A DNA stretch of 64,000 bases from Selaginella moellendorffii (GCF_000143415.4 NW_003314270.1:2349048-2413047); one strand, 5' to 3'; counted from the stretch's first letter, positions 35,501 through 50,440 are shown. Notes: a model not told the origin generated them from the sequence alone. Made by a program: numbers and translations.

Positions 35501-38500
35501 TATGCTGTTCGCACATCATCCCAAAAGGTCGCTGTCGCGCTAGATATCGCCAATTTCAAGCTCACTTTTCAACTTAGCGCATCTGCCACAATGTTGCTTT
35601 TCCCAGGCTTGTACAGAATCTCACAATCAAACTCGGCCAAAGCATTGGCCCACCGACCCTATTTCCCTCTCAGGTCGGGGAAACAGGGTGACAAGAAGTG
35701 TTTTGTGCCACATTGTCTGTGTAAACCTTGAAGTGTCTCCCAAGGTAGTGTTGCCACTCCTTGAGCGCCTTGACCACCGCAAACAATTTCTTCTCATGGG
35801 CAGGCCACTTTTGTTGAGCCTTGTCCAACTTCTTCAAGAAGAACGCTACTGGATGGTTGTCTTGCTTCAAAACTATGCCCAACGCAAAGTTTGAAGCATC
35901 TGTTTCTACCTCAAAGTCCTTACCAAAGTTTGGTAACGCTAACACAAGAGCCTTCCTCAACTTCCCTTTGAGGTGGACAAAAGCCGCCTCGCATTCCACT
36001 GTCCATACCATTTTCCCTTTTCCCATTTGGTCCGTTAAGGGTAGGGCTACTCCTGAATAGTGTTTGATAAACTTTTGGTAGTATTTGCATAGCCCCAAGA
36101 ATGCCCTTAACTCATGTACATTCAATGGTCTCTCCCAATCTTGGATCGCTTGGACCTTCTCAAGGTCCACCTTGAGCCCGTCCTTGCCCACCACATGCCC
36201 AAGAAACTTTACCTCTTGTTGAGCAAAGTCACATTTACTCTCTTTAGCATACAACTGATGTTCCTTTAGTTTCTCAAACATCTTCGTCAAGTGTTCGGCA
36301 TGCTCCTCTAGCGTTTCGCTATAGATCATGATATCGTCAATATAGACGACCACAAAGTGACCTAGAGAGGGTACAAAGATGTGGTTCATCAACGCCGAAA
36401 ATGTTGCTGGCGCATTGTATAGCCCGAAGGGCATCACCAGAAACTCAAAGCTCCCATACCTTGTTCGACAAGTTGTCTTCTCGACATCTTCCTTTGCTAC
36501 CCTGATTTGGTAATATCTTAACCTTAGGTCAATCCTCGAGAAGTATTTTGCCTTTCCCAACCTATCGAATAGGTTTTCAATCCTTGGCAAAGGGTATTTG
36601 TTCTTCTTTGTATATTTGTTGAGCAACCAGTAGTCTATGCACATGCGCATAGATATAAATCTTTCTTCTTCAAAAATAACACTGGCACCCCATACGGCGA
36701 CTTGCTCAACCTAATATACCCTTTGTCCACGAACTCCTCTAGTTGGCGCTTGAGCTTTTCAAGTTCTTTTTTGTTCAAATGATAGGGGGACGAACCACCG
36801 CCTCAGCACCCTCGACCAGCTCGATATTATGTTCTATTGGTCGTGTGGGGGGCAACCCCACTGGTAGCTCCTCCGGCATGGTATCCTGGAATTGGTCCAA
36901 CACTCGTTGGATCACTAAAGGTACTTCTTTCGTTCCTGTTTTTTTGTCACTCTTCATCGAGAGTAAGCACAAAAATGCTACATTGGTTCCTTGAGTGAGT
37001 TGTCCTCTCGTGGACACCAGGTTTATGTAGGAATCTTTGGCCTTGCATTGCCCTACCTTTAGATCTTGGGCCTCCACCCTGGATCTTCTTCCTTGGGCAT
37101 TCACTAGTACCACAAGGTTCCTACCTTGTCCATGCAGGGCTACCACGAACCGATTGAACCAATCCATCCCGAAGATCACATCAAATCCCGCCATGTCCAA
37201 GACGGTGAAATCTTTGTCTACTTTCCATGTCCCTACTTCGACTCTCGCTTGTCGAAGTACCTCATCGGTGCTTTGGCTACCTTGAACAAACTCTATAGTC
37301 CTTGGTTCCCCCAACCACTACAGTATTAGTTTGGTTTTCCGGACTATGTTTGCAGCCACAAAATTATTCGAAGCACCCGTCTCAATAAAGATCTTAATAA
37401 AGCTACCTTCGAACTTCTTTCGGAAGGCTAGTAGATGTTGCAAATGACTGTCTACCAAAGTTTCTTGTGTAATGAGTAACTTTGAGCTAGGGACTGAATC
37501 ATGTACCTCAATTTGGATTTCACCCCACTTAATGGCCATATTGACTTTGGCCTTCTTCAGGTAATGACATTTTTCTCAAAAAGTGTCATACAATTGAAGC
37601 ATATGTTATTTCCCATGCTACTAGTTGACTTGACCTTTTTATCCTTGGGTTTGTCCCTTTTCACTTGACTCCCCCACGTACTTGCTCGCTAGCTGCTGGA
37701 TTTGCATTTCTGGAACCCCAAGGACTCATTCTTAGAAAAGCTCTTCTTGAATTTCCCTTTACTATACATTCCCCTTTGTTTGGCCCCTTTACTAAACATG
37801 GACCCCAACCCTATCGTGTTCCCCTTTTGCAGGTTATCGTTGAAATGCACCTTGATGGCTGCATCCAACAGTTTCTTGGTTGGGTTCCAATGCATCACCT
37901 CACTACGAGCTCAGGTTTGCAAACTTGATATGAAGGCATGGAATGCATCCATATCCCTCATGTCCATGACAAGTATCCTCTTTTCCATAAACCCATTCAC
38001 ATACTCCTGAATGGTTCCGGTTTGCTTCAGCCTACTCAACTCGTCTCTTAGATGTAGAGTAGTATTCGAAGGAACGTAAGTTGCGCAGATCCTCACCTTC
38101 ATCATTTCTCAAGTGGCCACCGGTTCTTTGTTGGCCTCTATTGTTCTCCACCAAGACTTCGCATTATCTGTTAAGTATGGTTTTGGGCATGGGACCTTCT
38201 CCAAGCTTGGTAACCACAATTCTCGGAAATAGTCCTCCATATCGTAAAACCAATCCTCCACCACCTTATAGTCGTTCACTCCCTTGAAGACCGGTGGGGG
38301 CTTTGGTTTTTACTTGGGAACTGCTTGAGGGACTGATTCCACTTCAGTCTATATGACCTTGTTTGGTTTTAACTCAGTCTCTGCCGAAGGGTCCGCACCT
38401 TCTACGCTGCCAGCATTTGCAGACTTTTGCATTTTCTTCCACTTTTTGTCACGTTTTAGCTTGCGTATGAGAGTCTCCAGTAGGGCATTGGTCTGTGCCA

Positions 38501-39789
38501 ATTGTCCTTCTAGAACGTCCAATCAAGCCTTGGACAACCGAACCTCACCACCGTACTCCTGTTTGGAAGTTTCCTCACTTGAGTCCTCCTCATGCAAGGA
38601 TTCCTCATCCATAGCCTCTTGTTCGACTGGAGGCTCCAATTCTGGAGGAGGTTCTATCTCCACCTTAGTTCGTTTCCACCCTGCTTTTGCCATCTCTCAG
38701 CAATCCACCTTTATCCTTCGCTAGAACTGAGGAAAAGGCTTCAATACCAAATTGTAAACAACAAATTTTTCCTTTCCAATTTGCTAGCTTACCTCGTCTA
38801 TCCAACCCACACTGCCTTGGCTTTTGCTAAATTCCCTCACCAAAGTTCCCGTTTATTGTACCAGCTCCTGCTTGGTCCTACTTGGTTTCAGCTACTCACT
38901 GCACGAGCAACGTAGTATTAACCATCCATTCACAGATTCCCAAATCTCTCTCAATCCCCCTCCCCGGGTTAGACTGGACTTAAGGTTCGGTTACATTCCT
39001 TGCAGGCACAAGCAGCCAAGCACACCTTCCTAACATCCTTTGGTACAACAAAACTTGATCATGGGACCTTATAAATCCTAAGCCTTGGGTGAAACACTTG
39101 CTTCGGGACACCGGAGCAAAACACCATGGCCTAATTGCCTGGTATGGGTACCTCTACCCCCCCCACTTCCATCCCCAAGCCCCTAGGAAGTGCAAGGACC
39201 AATGAGCCACAAGGTACTCAAGTGGGGCACCACTCCACATGAGCCGAGAGCACCACAGTCGGTTTTCCTTTTGGGAGTGGGAGCTGCTCTTGAGCACTTT
39301 TTTGGGTGGCCCCTCCAGCACCACCCGAGTCCATGCTCACTCCTACCTAAGGCCCCTCAGCCCCACTCTCAACCTCAAGTCAGTTTGGAAGCACCATTGG
39401 AGAGTTCCTTCAAGACTGGTTCCTAGACCTCACTATCCCTACTATACTTTTGGAACCCCCTATAGCCCCCCCCTTATCTCAATCTTGGACTCGATCTTGG
39501 ACTTAATCTCGGACCTGATCTCGAACTCAACTTCAGACTCGATCTCGGACTTGGTCTGGGCCTGATCTTGGATCTCAAACTCTATCTCAAACTCGGTCTC
39601 GAACTCGGTCCCGAACTTGGTCTTCAAGTCGGCCTCGGACTCAATCCCGGACTCTATCTTGAACTCGGTCTCAGAGTCGGTCTTGGACTCGATCTCAGAC
39701 TCGGTCCCATCTGATGAACTCTTTATCATTTCGGTCATGCTTTCGAGGATCCTTTAGCCTACGACACATCAAAGAGTCGGTTCCTTACA
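32536..39789 (-). mobile_element. Element 2: chromovirus-type Ty3/Gypsy LTR retrotransposon (LTRs 32536-33527 and 38753-39789), inactive
   Basis: TSD gtata/atata; PBS TGGTATTGAAGC (iMet-like). Domains: gag (LRDELSRLKQTGTIQEY), PR, RT (VVYIDDI, 35670-36650), RNase H (ETDASNFALG), INT (MHPVFHVNLLKPY) and chromodomain (YKVEAILN..FHVKWKGFPHCKATWEPEENL), with stops and frameshifts. Confidence 0.95.
33258..33442. repeat. ~12-bp minisatellite (GACTCGATCTCG-like) in the element 2 LTR; longer copy at ~39477-39708
   Basis: Directly visible in both LTRs; produces the spurious S/D- and E/I-rich ORFs. Confidence 0.85.
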
Positions 39790-42700
39790 ATATACAACAG
39801 CAGTTGCAAAGGCACTAGCAAGAGCACTAGCTTCCACCCAATGAGTCAAGTAGTCAAAAGCAATAATAACATACTCATTGCCAATAGTTGATTGTGGAAA
39901 AGGTCTTATAAAATCAAATGCCACCAATTTAAATGGATGAGAAACTGCAATTAACTCCAACTGTTCTTTCGTAGCACAAGGAGGAGTATTATGAGCTTGA
40001 CACCAAACGCAGCTATGCATATACTAGATAACATTGTGTCATATCTCTAGCCAATAGAAAGACTTGCATAGCTTCTCAGTCACACAACAATGTCTTAAAT
40101 GCCCACCTAAAATAGGAGAATCATAGTAGGCATGGAGAAACCGTGGAATAAAAATTAAAGGCACCACCAGCTGTAAATGATCATCAGGATCTATCCCCAC
40201 AAAATAAAAAAGGTTGTTTTCAAGATGATATTGAGATTTAAATGCCGAAATGGTAAGTCATCAGTAAGTGATGTAGGATTCTTAAACCCTTCTTGAAGCC
40301 TTTGAATCCATGGCTCAATATTTTGAGCCTCACAAATCTCATCAAAAGAAGGTAGGTCTTACTTTGTAAACTATGGACACTAAATGTCAAGTACAGCAAC
40401 CACTAATGACACAGAATCCTTGTCTAAAAAATCCACATATGCTGGAATAACAAATTCGTCAGAAATATGAGAAGAAAGCAAAGAAGGAAGAGGAGTTCAA
40501 GAAAGGGCATTAGCATCAGCTATAGTACTCCTCGGGCAATGAATAACATCAAAATCATATATCTAAAGCTTTAAAGTCCACTGAGCAGTATGACCAACTA
40601 GGTTCTTTCATTTCAATAATGAAGTAATAGTAGCATAATCACCTTTTAGTAACGTTCGAGAACAATGTAAATATGCAAAAACCCCAAACTACTGTTAAAC
40701 ACTCCTTCTCTATCGTGGAGTAGTTCACCTCCACTGGTTGTAATATACGGCTTATATACACAATGGGATGGCATTGACCAGGCACACTCGGGATCTCTTG
40801 CATCAACACACCTCCAAGACCAATATCAGAAGCACACGTGCAAAATGAAATGTTGAGTGTAGTCAGGATATGCGAACATCGGAGGAGTCATCAATAGCTC
40901 TTTGAGATCAATGAATGCCTACTCACAATTCAGAAACTAAATAAAAGATGATGTTGATGACTTTAGCAATGCTCACAACGGTGCAATGTGATTAGAAAAA
41001 TGATCCACAAAACGACCGAGATACTGCACCTTGCTTAGAAAGCGCTACACATCATTCACACACTTCGGAGTAGGGAATTTTAGAATAGCCACAAGTTTGT
41101 CAGAATCATCTTGCAAACCCTTATGAGAAATACAGTACCCAAAATAAGTCATGTCCTTGGATCCAAACATGCACTTCGATCGCTTTAGCTTTAAACCAAG
41201 CTTTAATCCCATAGCCGATCCAACGCTTTATAAACATCACAGATATGCTCTTCTCACATCCCCTCCAAGTGTATCAAGACATCATCAATAAAGTTAGCAG
41301 TCATTTTCGGCATATCACAAAAAACCTCGTCTATCATCCGCTAGAAAGTTGCTAGAGCATTGTTCAAACCAAACGGCATTACCAAAAACTCGTGCAAACC
41401 AAATAGTGTACAAAAAGCAGTCTTAGGAATATTTTCTTCGACCATTGGTACTTGCCAATACCCAAAAACAAGATCTAGGTTGGTGAACCAATGACTCTTT
41501 CCCATATGATCTAAAAGATCAGTAGTGTGAGGAAAAGGGTATATATTCAGAATTGTCACTTTGTTTAAAGGATAATAGTTGATGCAGAAATGAATAATCC
41601 TATCAAGCTTCATCACAAAATGAGATTCATATGCCTAAGGACTCTGTAACTTTCAAATAACACCCTTCTCTAACATCTCCTTGACATTTTCATGTAAAAT
41701 CTTGATCTCTTTGGGTAACTAATGACAAATAGGAACCTTGATTAAACGAGCATCTCTAGTTAGAATCAGATGATGTATGGCAATGTTGGCCCCAAATGAT
41801 AAGTCAAATTCAAAAAGATCAGAATACTCCTTTATGAGCTGGTCAACTACTGCAACACAAAAACTGTTGAAGGGATCAAAAAAGGGAAGAGCAGAATAAG
41901 ACAAAAACATAGAAGGAAGTAGTGGGGGGACAAAAATAATGGAAGCAAAAGTAGAAATAAAGGGATAAAAAAGTATGAAAGTGAGAAGAATGGATGAAAT
42001 ATAAAGAAGTATAAGACAAAGGGGAGAAACTTCAAAGTCACACTTGGCATGATTGCGCTGCAACCAATCTATACCAAGGATGAGGTCAAAATCTTGATTT
42101 GGCACCACCCGCAATAACTGCAACCCAAACTTGAGATTGCCCACACGCACAACTAGGTCCACCTTATCCCATGCATATACATGTGTATAACCATTGCTAT
42201 AAAGAATGAAAACTGGCTCCACTGCACAACACAAGTGTAGACAGCAGCGTGTGGTAACAGATCAAGCAATAAAAGATAAACTCAAACCTATATCAACCAA
42301 CATGTAGAGAAAAATAGGAGACCACTTGTTATAAAAACAAACTTGAAAAGTAAACACTAAATGAACTGGTGCCGAGTGAACCCTTTGATGATACTCCCGA
42401 AAGAAAGATGAAGTCCCTAATTTATTCACACAAAGTCCCACCATTACTCGTGTGACTCCTCATTTCCCGAATGCATTTCGGTGTCCAAAGCTTCCACTAT
42501 AGCAGCACCAACAGAATGTTGTTGATGGCGAAGGTCTCCACCCAGGAAATGGTGGCTGCCAATCTAGAAATGCCAACAACGCCGATAAGTGTGACCAACT
42601 TTATCACACGCCCAACAATAAACATTATGGCTATGACCACGTCCTTGCCCTTGTTCTTGGACTCAAGCAACAATAACATCAACCTCCATTGGAATAGGAC

Positions 42701-43237
42701 TATCACCCATAAGAAGTGGAGCTGAAAGACGTGTAATGAGAAGTGGAAAAGGCAATGTTTCATAACATTGTGCCAAGTGAAGAGCATCATCAAGGGTGGT
42801 TAAAGCAAATGCATGTAGAAGTCCGACAAAATTTTGATGAAGTGCTAGCCATAACATTCTTAACTTCATCTACTCCAATATATTTGGCTCTGCATGAAGT
42901 AAGAAGCTTCGGAAACAAATGCCAAAGAGCATCACTGACTTAGATGGCCCTTGACAAAAATGATGCAATTATTAGAAGGCATCATCACAATCATCAACAT
43001 ATTTGAATGCATAGTTGAAGACGTCTGGAAGAACACTCTAATCCCCACGAGTGGCTATACTTAAACTATTGTACCACTACAATGCCATGCCTTGGAGACA
43101 GATGGGAAACTCACGTAAACATCAAGCATCATCCCAAGAATGACATGTGGCAATCACTATGAAGTGATTGAATCAATAGTACACATCATCCCCAAAATTC
43201 TTGTGAAAGAACTCTGGCCGAACACAAGGATTGACAC

Positions 43238-46200
43238 TGTAGCGCACATGGTTTTGACCCTTTATCCTATGGTGATTTACCATAGGATAACACCACGAAG
43301 CGGAACCTAAACCCTCTATGCCACGTGACACATGCCACGTGTCATATGCCATGTGTCCAAAGGACAGTGGTGCGGAACCCGAGGTTTAGGGCCTTGGGCC
43401 ATTGAACGAAGGAACGGTGCCAAACTCCCAAGCATGGAGCCAAATAGTGATGGAACCGAACTACAGAGCAACTCCCGAGCATACAGCCCAAGGAGCGAAG
43501 GGACAGGAGTCCGGAACGACTTCGAACAGTCTTGGAGTAACCAGCATCCTAATGCTAGGACCAGCACGCAAAACGGAGCCAAACGGAGTCTGGCGCTATT
43601 TCGGCATACCGGTGGCCTAACGTGAGGACATGGGTATTCCACCAGCTAGCATGGAATGGAACTTAGGCTTAGATCCAAGTCGGACGCAGAACAAGGACAG
43701 GCATGCAAGCGGGAGCTAGACTATGCCTCAGGTTGGTCGGCCATGCCTGACCTACCCACTATCCCTACTATACATTTGGAATCCCCTACAGGAACACACG
43801 CTTTGGGCTTTCACCCCAAGCCTCCCTTAGTATTAGGAGTTAGTCTCTAGGACAAGCTCAAAACTTACTAAATATGGAATGTCCCTAGATTGTGAATTTG
43901 GACACGGGACGAACACCATTGTGTTCAGGCCGATCTCTACATTCCGTAGATATGCCAAATGAGTAAATCTGGACACTTTCCATAAATAGCATTTGGGACC
44001 GAAATGAGACTAATACAAAGGGCATGATAGCGAGGGTGTTTGGCAAACACAGTAAGCTATCATGTAGTGATATTGAGGGACCAATCTTAATACGCGAGGG
44101 TTCTTGTCAAGCCAGTGCAAGACAGAGCAAAAGAGAACTAAAAAGTCAGGCCAAGTATGCTTGGCTAAATAGACACTTATGAATTTTGTCCTTATGCTCA
44201 TCCGGCCAAGTACAGGTGCAAAGTCCAGTTTATTAACACTTGAACAAGAGGGGCTGATAAAGGGTCCAGCAATACCGACCTCCTGCCATCGTGGCAGTAA
44301 GGAAAGAATATCTGAAAGGACTAGTCGACAGGTAACTTTCGATACCCGAAGTCACATTCGCGACACTCTCCCCCCCTTGGGGAAAATCGACGTCCTCGTC
44401 GATGCATACTCGAGTCTAGAATACCGCCAAGGAAACAACTCCAAAAAAAAAGTTCACGGTACTCACATTATGTGAGAAATGCACCAACTTAAATGAGTGA
44501 GGGGGCAACCTCTTTGTCTAATGCGGATGCGCTACCAGCTCAGACACCTTTCGGCCGTCGCCGACAAGGAAATGACCAACGGAGTCAGCCACCCTTGCTG
44601 TTTTGGGTGTCACCCAGCTACAAAAGTGTGATATGCCCCTGCTTGTAAGTGGCATAGAGAGAGAAGCCAGAGGCCCCAACCCTCCTGAGCAAAGAAACCA
44701 AACCCGTCGGTAAAGTTTAGATAGACTACTGTAAATAGGCAGTTAGAGTTGTTTACATGGTCATGCCCTTTCAACGGAATAAGGAACATTGACAAAGAGC
44801 TGGGTTATGTGATCAGTCAACAATAGCTACCCCATGACTAGAGATTTCAGCATGCACACGAAGTGCCGAGACCAGTCTGCCTATACTGGCCCAAACTCAA
44901 AGATTAATATATGGACTATATCAAAGTCATAGACAATGATATCTTAAAGATTTAATTATCAGTGAATAAAGCTTAGATTAGAACACAAAAGTATTCCAAG
45001 TAAGTTATCATCTGATAAACTAGTATTATAGTACAAGAACCACCAAGATCACTATCTTTGGAAAACAAAAGATTCACCATCCAACAAAATTCAATAGTAA
45101 ATATATCATCAAGTAAACTCAATGAGAAAACTTAACTACCAAAGATTGTAGACAGTACGCTAAACAATTTACGAATGATAACTCAAAAAACACAAAGTAT
45201 CTTTAATCGACAAGGACAATGCTCGTGAATGTATCACCCAAAGGAAATAACATCCTAATCTATTAGAACTAACTTGAGCAACAATCAACAAAATAGAATG
45301 AATGTGGTAAGACCAATAAACACCCATTCATGCCAATTACCACATAAGCCAATCTGAATAGATCTCGGTCAATAATACAAAGGTACTCAAGTTGCTTAAG
45401 CAAGTGTTAGTAACAATCTATCGATATCTTAAACCCAAGAGACCAATCCAGAGCAAACCACAAAGAATATGTGGTATTGCAAAAAGCCAAAAGCCATCAA
45501 AGAGAACAACTAATCATCATGAAAGATCATCAATCATCCCATCAATAAAAAGATACAAAATCATCGTCTAAAAAGGAATCCACCATCCCGAAGAATAGCA
45601 AATTATTCTATACCAATAATAATTAAGCAAAACCTTTTGACAAGGATAATCAATTATCCTAGATGATAGTCAATCATCACCAATGATTGCTAGATACAAA
45701 TACTAACTTCAACATTGAAGCTAATGAGCCAAAATGCCTTCCCCAACAACTTCTAACAAATGGAACAATGAGACAAAACTCAAGGAACCAAAGCTCGAAG
45801 AAACCTATAGCCAAGTCTTGCCTAATAATGATCACAAGTCTCATAGAAGCTAACTTCAATGCGAAAGAAGAAATCGTGATGAAACTCACAATATCTTCCT
45901 CAATACATCCATAAGCCAAACTTCATAATGCCAAAGCTAATGAAGAGCATGTCTGCATCAATCCAAAAGCTAAACATAACGAAGTTATACTTAACAATTG
46001 ATCATCAAACAATCCTCCATGAATCCATCTATAGCAAGATATAACTCACTTCATAACAAGCCCAAAAAGAATCATTAATGATTGCTATATCCTGATCTCA
46101 AATCTAGCAAGGACTCAACATTCTAATATCAATCACTAACTCTTCCTCTCATAAAGTTAGCATAGTCCACGACTAAATCACTTTTCAAGGAAAAGTTAAA

Positions 46201-49200
46201 GCTCAACCCTCTACTAAATAATCTCGTCTAGAACACAACTAACTCAACTTGCCACTCAGTTTGTTTGAATGTCAAACAGTTGCTAATTAGCAAATGCACG
46301 AATGCCAACAACACAAAGCTATAGCCAAATCATCAACACTATCTTCATCAAGACTAATGAAATTCAATATCAATCCTACGGAGAGACATCTCATTTCACT
46401 TGAATCTCAATATCAACAATGTCAATGACAAAGCATCACTTCAATGCCATCAACACCAAAACAAAGCTAGAAGAAAGCACAAATGAATCACCACTCAAAA
46501 CTCTCCAACAACCAAGCTAACCAAAGTCGAAGATACCTTAGTATCTGAGACCAATCCTCCAACAAAACTCAGTTACAGATAACACTTCATCAATGAGTGA
46601 TTCACCACGTCCAAGATTGAATGAAATCCAACACTACGGACTAGATGTAACCAAATGATATTGATAGAGGTAGAGTCGACCTGTCAACATGGAAAAACCA
46701 TGTAAGTCTAACGACACGATCCTCCGCAACATCATCTGGTAAAGCAAGCCCATCACTGCTAAATCATCATCGAGCGAAGCAAGTATCAACAGTCTTTGGC
46801 AAAGTCTACAAGCAATCATTAATTGCAAAGCAACTAACAATCACTCTTCAACTTGCCTACACAAGACCTGAACACTAACTCATGTCATCGAGTCACATAC
46901 TTGTCCAATATGAATACAATACCCCAGGTACAAGATAAAAGTTCATAGACAAGCACAAACTAAATGACCACTTGAATCCAACTCAATTGCAATAAGCTCA
47001 CTAATGCATTTAGTCAATAGCTCTGAGCATGCCTTGAAGAGGCTAGTTATGCAATCAACACTCAGTCGAAACTAAAGTGAAGACCATAAGATGGACTCAT
47101 ATTGGTACACAACCTCCTCATAGACATAGCTATAGTATGGGTACCAACATCTCAACCTCAAACAACTAAGTTGGACATCACCATCTTCAGCCAAGGCATA
47201 GGGCCACCAAAACTAAGTCAAGATCAGTGAGAGCTTACTACTCTAATAGAGTCTAATGAAATGCAAGGTGCAACCTGCCACCAAGCAAAACGCTATAAGA
47301 AAGGCACAAGGATCACCCTTCTTAGAAAAGTGCAACAGCCACTTTTCTATACCAACTCCAGACTCTATCCAACTCAATTGCCTTAGCCCCAAAAGTTAGC
47401 ATCCTTTTTAGGCCGCATCATACAAACTATTTACCAAGGTCTAAGCTAACCAAAGTCAACTCCAACCCCTTCATTAGTTTATATTGGCTTACGAAAAATG
47501 GAATGGTTTTCGCCAAAGTGATCAACAAATCAGCCTTTGGAGAAGTCTAAGAAAATTTGTGGAAAATTTCCACCCTAGAGAAAGAATGACTCTTAGTCCA
47601 GGATTGCAAACTTTCAAGACTCAACCAACTTCCTCCTACTAACAACTTCACATAGGTTCACCTCAACACAAATTCTCATGACCCATAATATGCTTAAGCA
47701 TCGAACATCTTTGCCCATTTTTTTGATATCCAACACTAACATCGGCAAAATGCAATGTGAACACCCAAGGCTTGATCACGAAGACCACATTTCCGGATAT
47801 CCACATTGCACTAACACTCTTCTTCAATCACTTTCAGGATTCAATGTGAAGTCAAAACACTAATAAGAAAAATGGCACGAAAAATCAAGGTCCAAGGAAA
47901 ATTCCTCATTACTTGAAGTAACAATGCTACTTCCACTATCACTAGTGTTAGTGATGTTAATGCCTTAACTACACACCTTCTCCATCCAACAATTTACTCC
48001 AAGTGTTAACAGATCAACCGACAAGTTATTGGAAATGAATGTTATAACCCTTTTCCAACACCTTAATGGGAGAACTCTAGGAAACAAGGTACCTACTTAA
48101 GTTTAGCATAATGGACCACCATCGAGAATCCAGTCAAAGCTACTACAATGCTACTTCGTGCAAGTAGACTAACTTCACCATCAACCACTTTGGGGTTGAT
48201 CATCGTTTAACCAAGCAACTTCGTAAACACATTGCTCATTATCACATGGATATGATATAAATAACAATGACTTGATCATCAATCAAGCAACATTATGAGC
48301 AATGCCCATGTCACTACTGCAAAGGTTTATGTGAATATCAAGTGCCAACTCGATTCAACAAAATGCAACATAAATGCCACACCCCATCAATAGAGATTTA
48401 CAACACCTAACACTACTAACTTTTGTTCACAACATGGACAAGCTCATGCCACTCTCTTTCCGACCAAACTCAACACTAATCCAACACCAAACTACTCAAG
48501 GAGCAATAACAAGGTTCCCCGGAAAAGAATTGAGCATTGCAACCCAAGTTTTACAATAACAAGCCTCAACAAAATGGTATTGCGCTTCACTACTATCCAT
48601 CCCACGACTCACCACTTGTAAGACCATCACTTCCAATATACATCAAGATAGGAACTCTTGATTGCATACCGTAAACACGAGCAATGAGTCACACCTCGTT
48701 GCAAATCATCTCTCCAAGAAGAGAAAATGATTTACGTGTTTGATCTTTCGTCCTTGACGACTCTCTTTTCGGTCTCATCTTTGACTAAACCTCAAGCTTG
48801 CTTTTGCACTGCCTTCAGTCCAATCCAAGAAAAGTTTATGAGAGAGCACGGCAATAACTACTTAAACCAATAGACTAATCCCTATAGTCTTTATTGATCC
48901 ATTTGTAATCATGCCTAGGAAGGATCTACTAGTGCCATGCTAAACAGCTATGGACCAGCCTATTTGCCACTCATAACAAACTTAGAGAAAGTTTACTTTC
49001 ACCCATGGTACATGGAACAACTTATAGAACCACCGATAGGCTAATATTAATCCTGCCAACTCAAAGTGTAACCTCAAGTTGCTAATGTGCCTCACTTATG
49101 AGCCCAAGCTCAAACTCGTGCAAAGGAAACATCTCCAAACCATCCTAAGAGCCCAAGCGCAAGCTCACATCATAAGGTACAACAAGGTAACAATATCCAT

Positions 49201-50440
49201 ACCCAAGGAACTAATTGCGAAGCCTTTGCACCAAACGTGTACCCAATTGGATCATTGTTTTCATCTCTGCGTATGCAATGAGACTAGTTGCCCAATTTCA
49301 TTGGATAGTATTCGCTGAGACTCATCCTCTGATACCAAATGTAGCGCACATGGTTTTGATCCTTTATCCTATAGTGATTTACCATAGGATAACACCACGA
49401 AGCGGAACCTAAACCCTCTTTATGCCACGTGACACATGCCATGTGTCATATGCCATGTGTCCAAAGGACAGTGGTGCAGAACCCGAGGTTCAGGGCTTTG
49501 GGCCACTGAACAAAGGAATGGTGCCAAACTCCTAAGCATGGAGCCAAGGAGTGATGGAACCGAACCACAGAGCAACTCCCAAGCATATAGCCCAAGGAGC
49601 GAAGGGACAGGAGCCCGGAGCGACTTGGAAAAGTCTTGGAGTAACCAGCATCCTAATGCTAGGACCAGCACGCAAAATGGAGCCAAACGGAGTCTGGCGC
49701 TATTTCGGCATACCGGTGGCCTAACGTAGCATGGAATGGAACTTGGGCTTAGACCCAATCCGGACGCAAAACAAGGACAGGCACACAAGTGGGAGCTAAA
49801 CTATGCCTCAGGTTGGCCATGCCCGATCTACCCACTATCCCTACTATACAATTAAAACCCCCCACAACACCCCCCCCCCCAACTTGAGGAACACATGCTT
49901 TGGGCTTCACCCCAAGCCTCCCTTAGTATCAGGAGTTAGTCTCTAGGACAAGCTCAAAACTTACTAAATATGGAATGTCCTTAGATTGTGAATTTGGACA
50001 TGGGACAAACACCATTGTGTTTAGGCCGATCTCTACATTCCGTAGATATGCCAAATGAGCAAATCTGGACACTTTCCATAAATAGCATTTGGGACCAAAA
50101 TGAGACTAATACAAAGGGCATGATAACGAGGGTGTTTGGCAGACACGGTAAGCTATCATGTAGTGATATTAAGGGACCAATCTCAATACGTGAGGGTTCT
50201 TGTCAAACCAGTGCAAGACAGAGCAAAAGAGAACTAAAAAGCCAGGCTAAGTATGCTTGGCTAAATAAACACTTAAGAATTCAAGTACAGGTGCAAAGTC
50301 CAGTTTATTAACACTTGAACAAGAGGGGCTGATAAAGGGTCCAGCAATACCGACCTCCTGCCATCGTGGCAGTAAGGAAAGAATATTCAAAAGGACTAGT
50401 CGACAGGTAACTTTCGATACCCGAAGTCACATTCGCGACA
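43238..50440 (-). mobile_element. Element 3: non-autonomous (LARD-like) LTR retroelement with ~1.1-kb LTRs (43238-44365, 49340-50440)
   Basis: Perfect TSD GACAC (43233-43237 / 50441-50445); TG..CA ends; PBS TGGTATCAGAG (iMet); PPT AAGGGGGGGAGAG preceded by a Gypsy-like CGAGGACG motif; ~5-kb interior without a recognisable intact ORF. Confidence 0.93.

Noticed and set aside
44128-44290. 5S rRNA-like (Cassandra-type) segment in element 3 LTRs (AGAACT..AAGTATGCTTGG..GACCTCCTG)
   Set aside because: Only short patches match, box C (GGATGGGTGACC) is absent at the expected spacing, and the orientation is antisense to the element; not supportable without a cmsearch.
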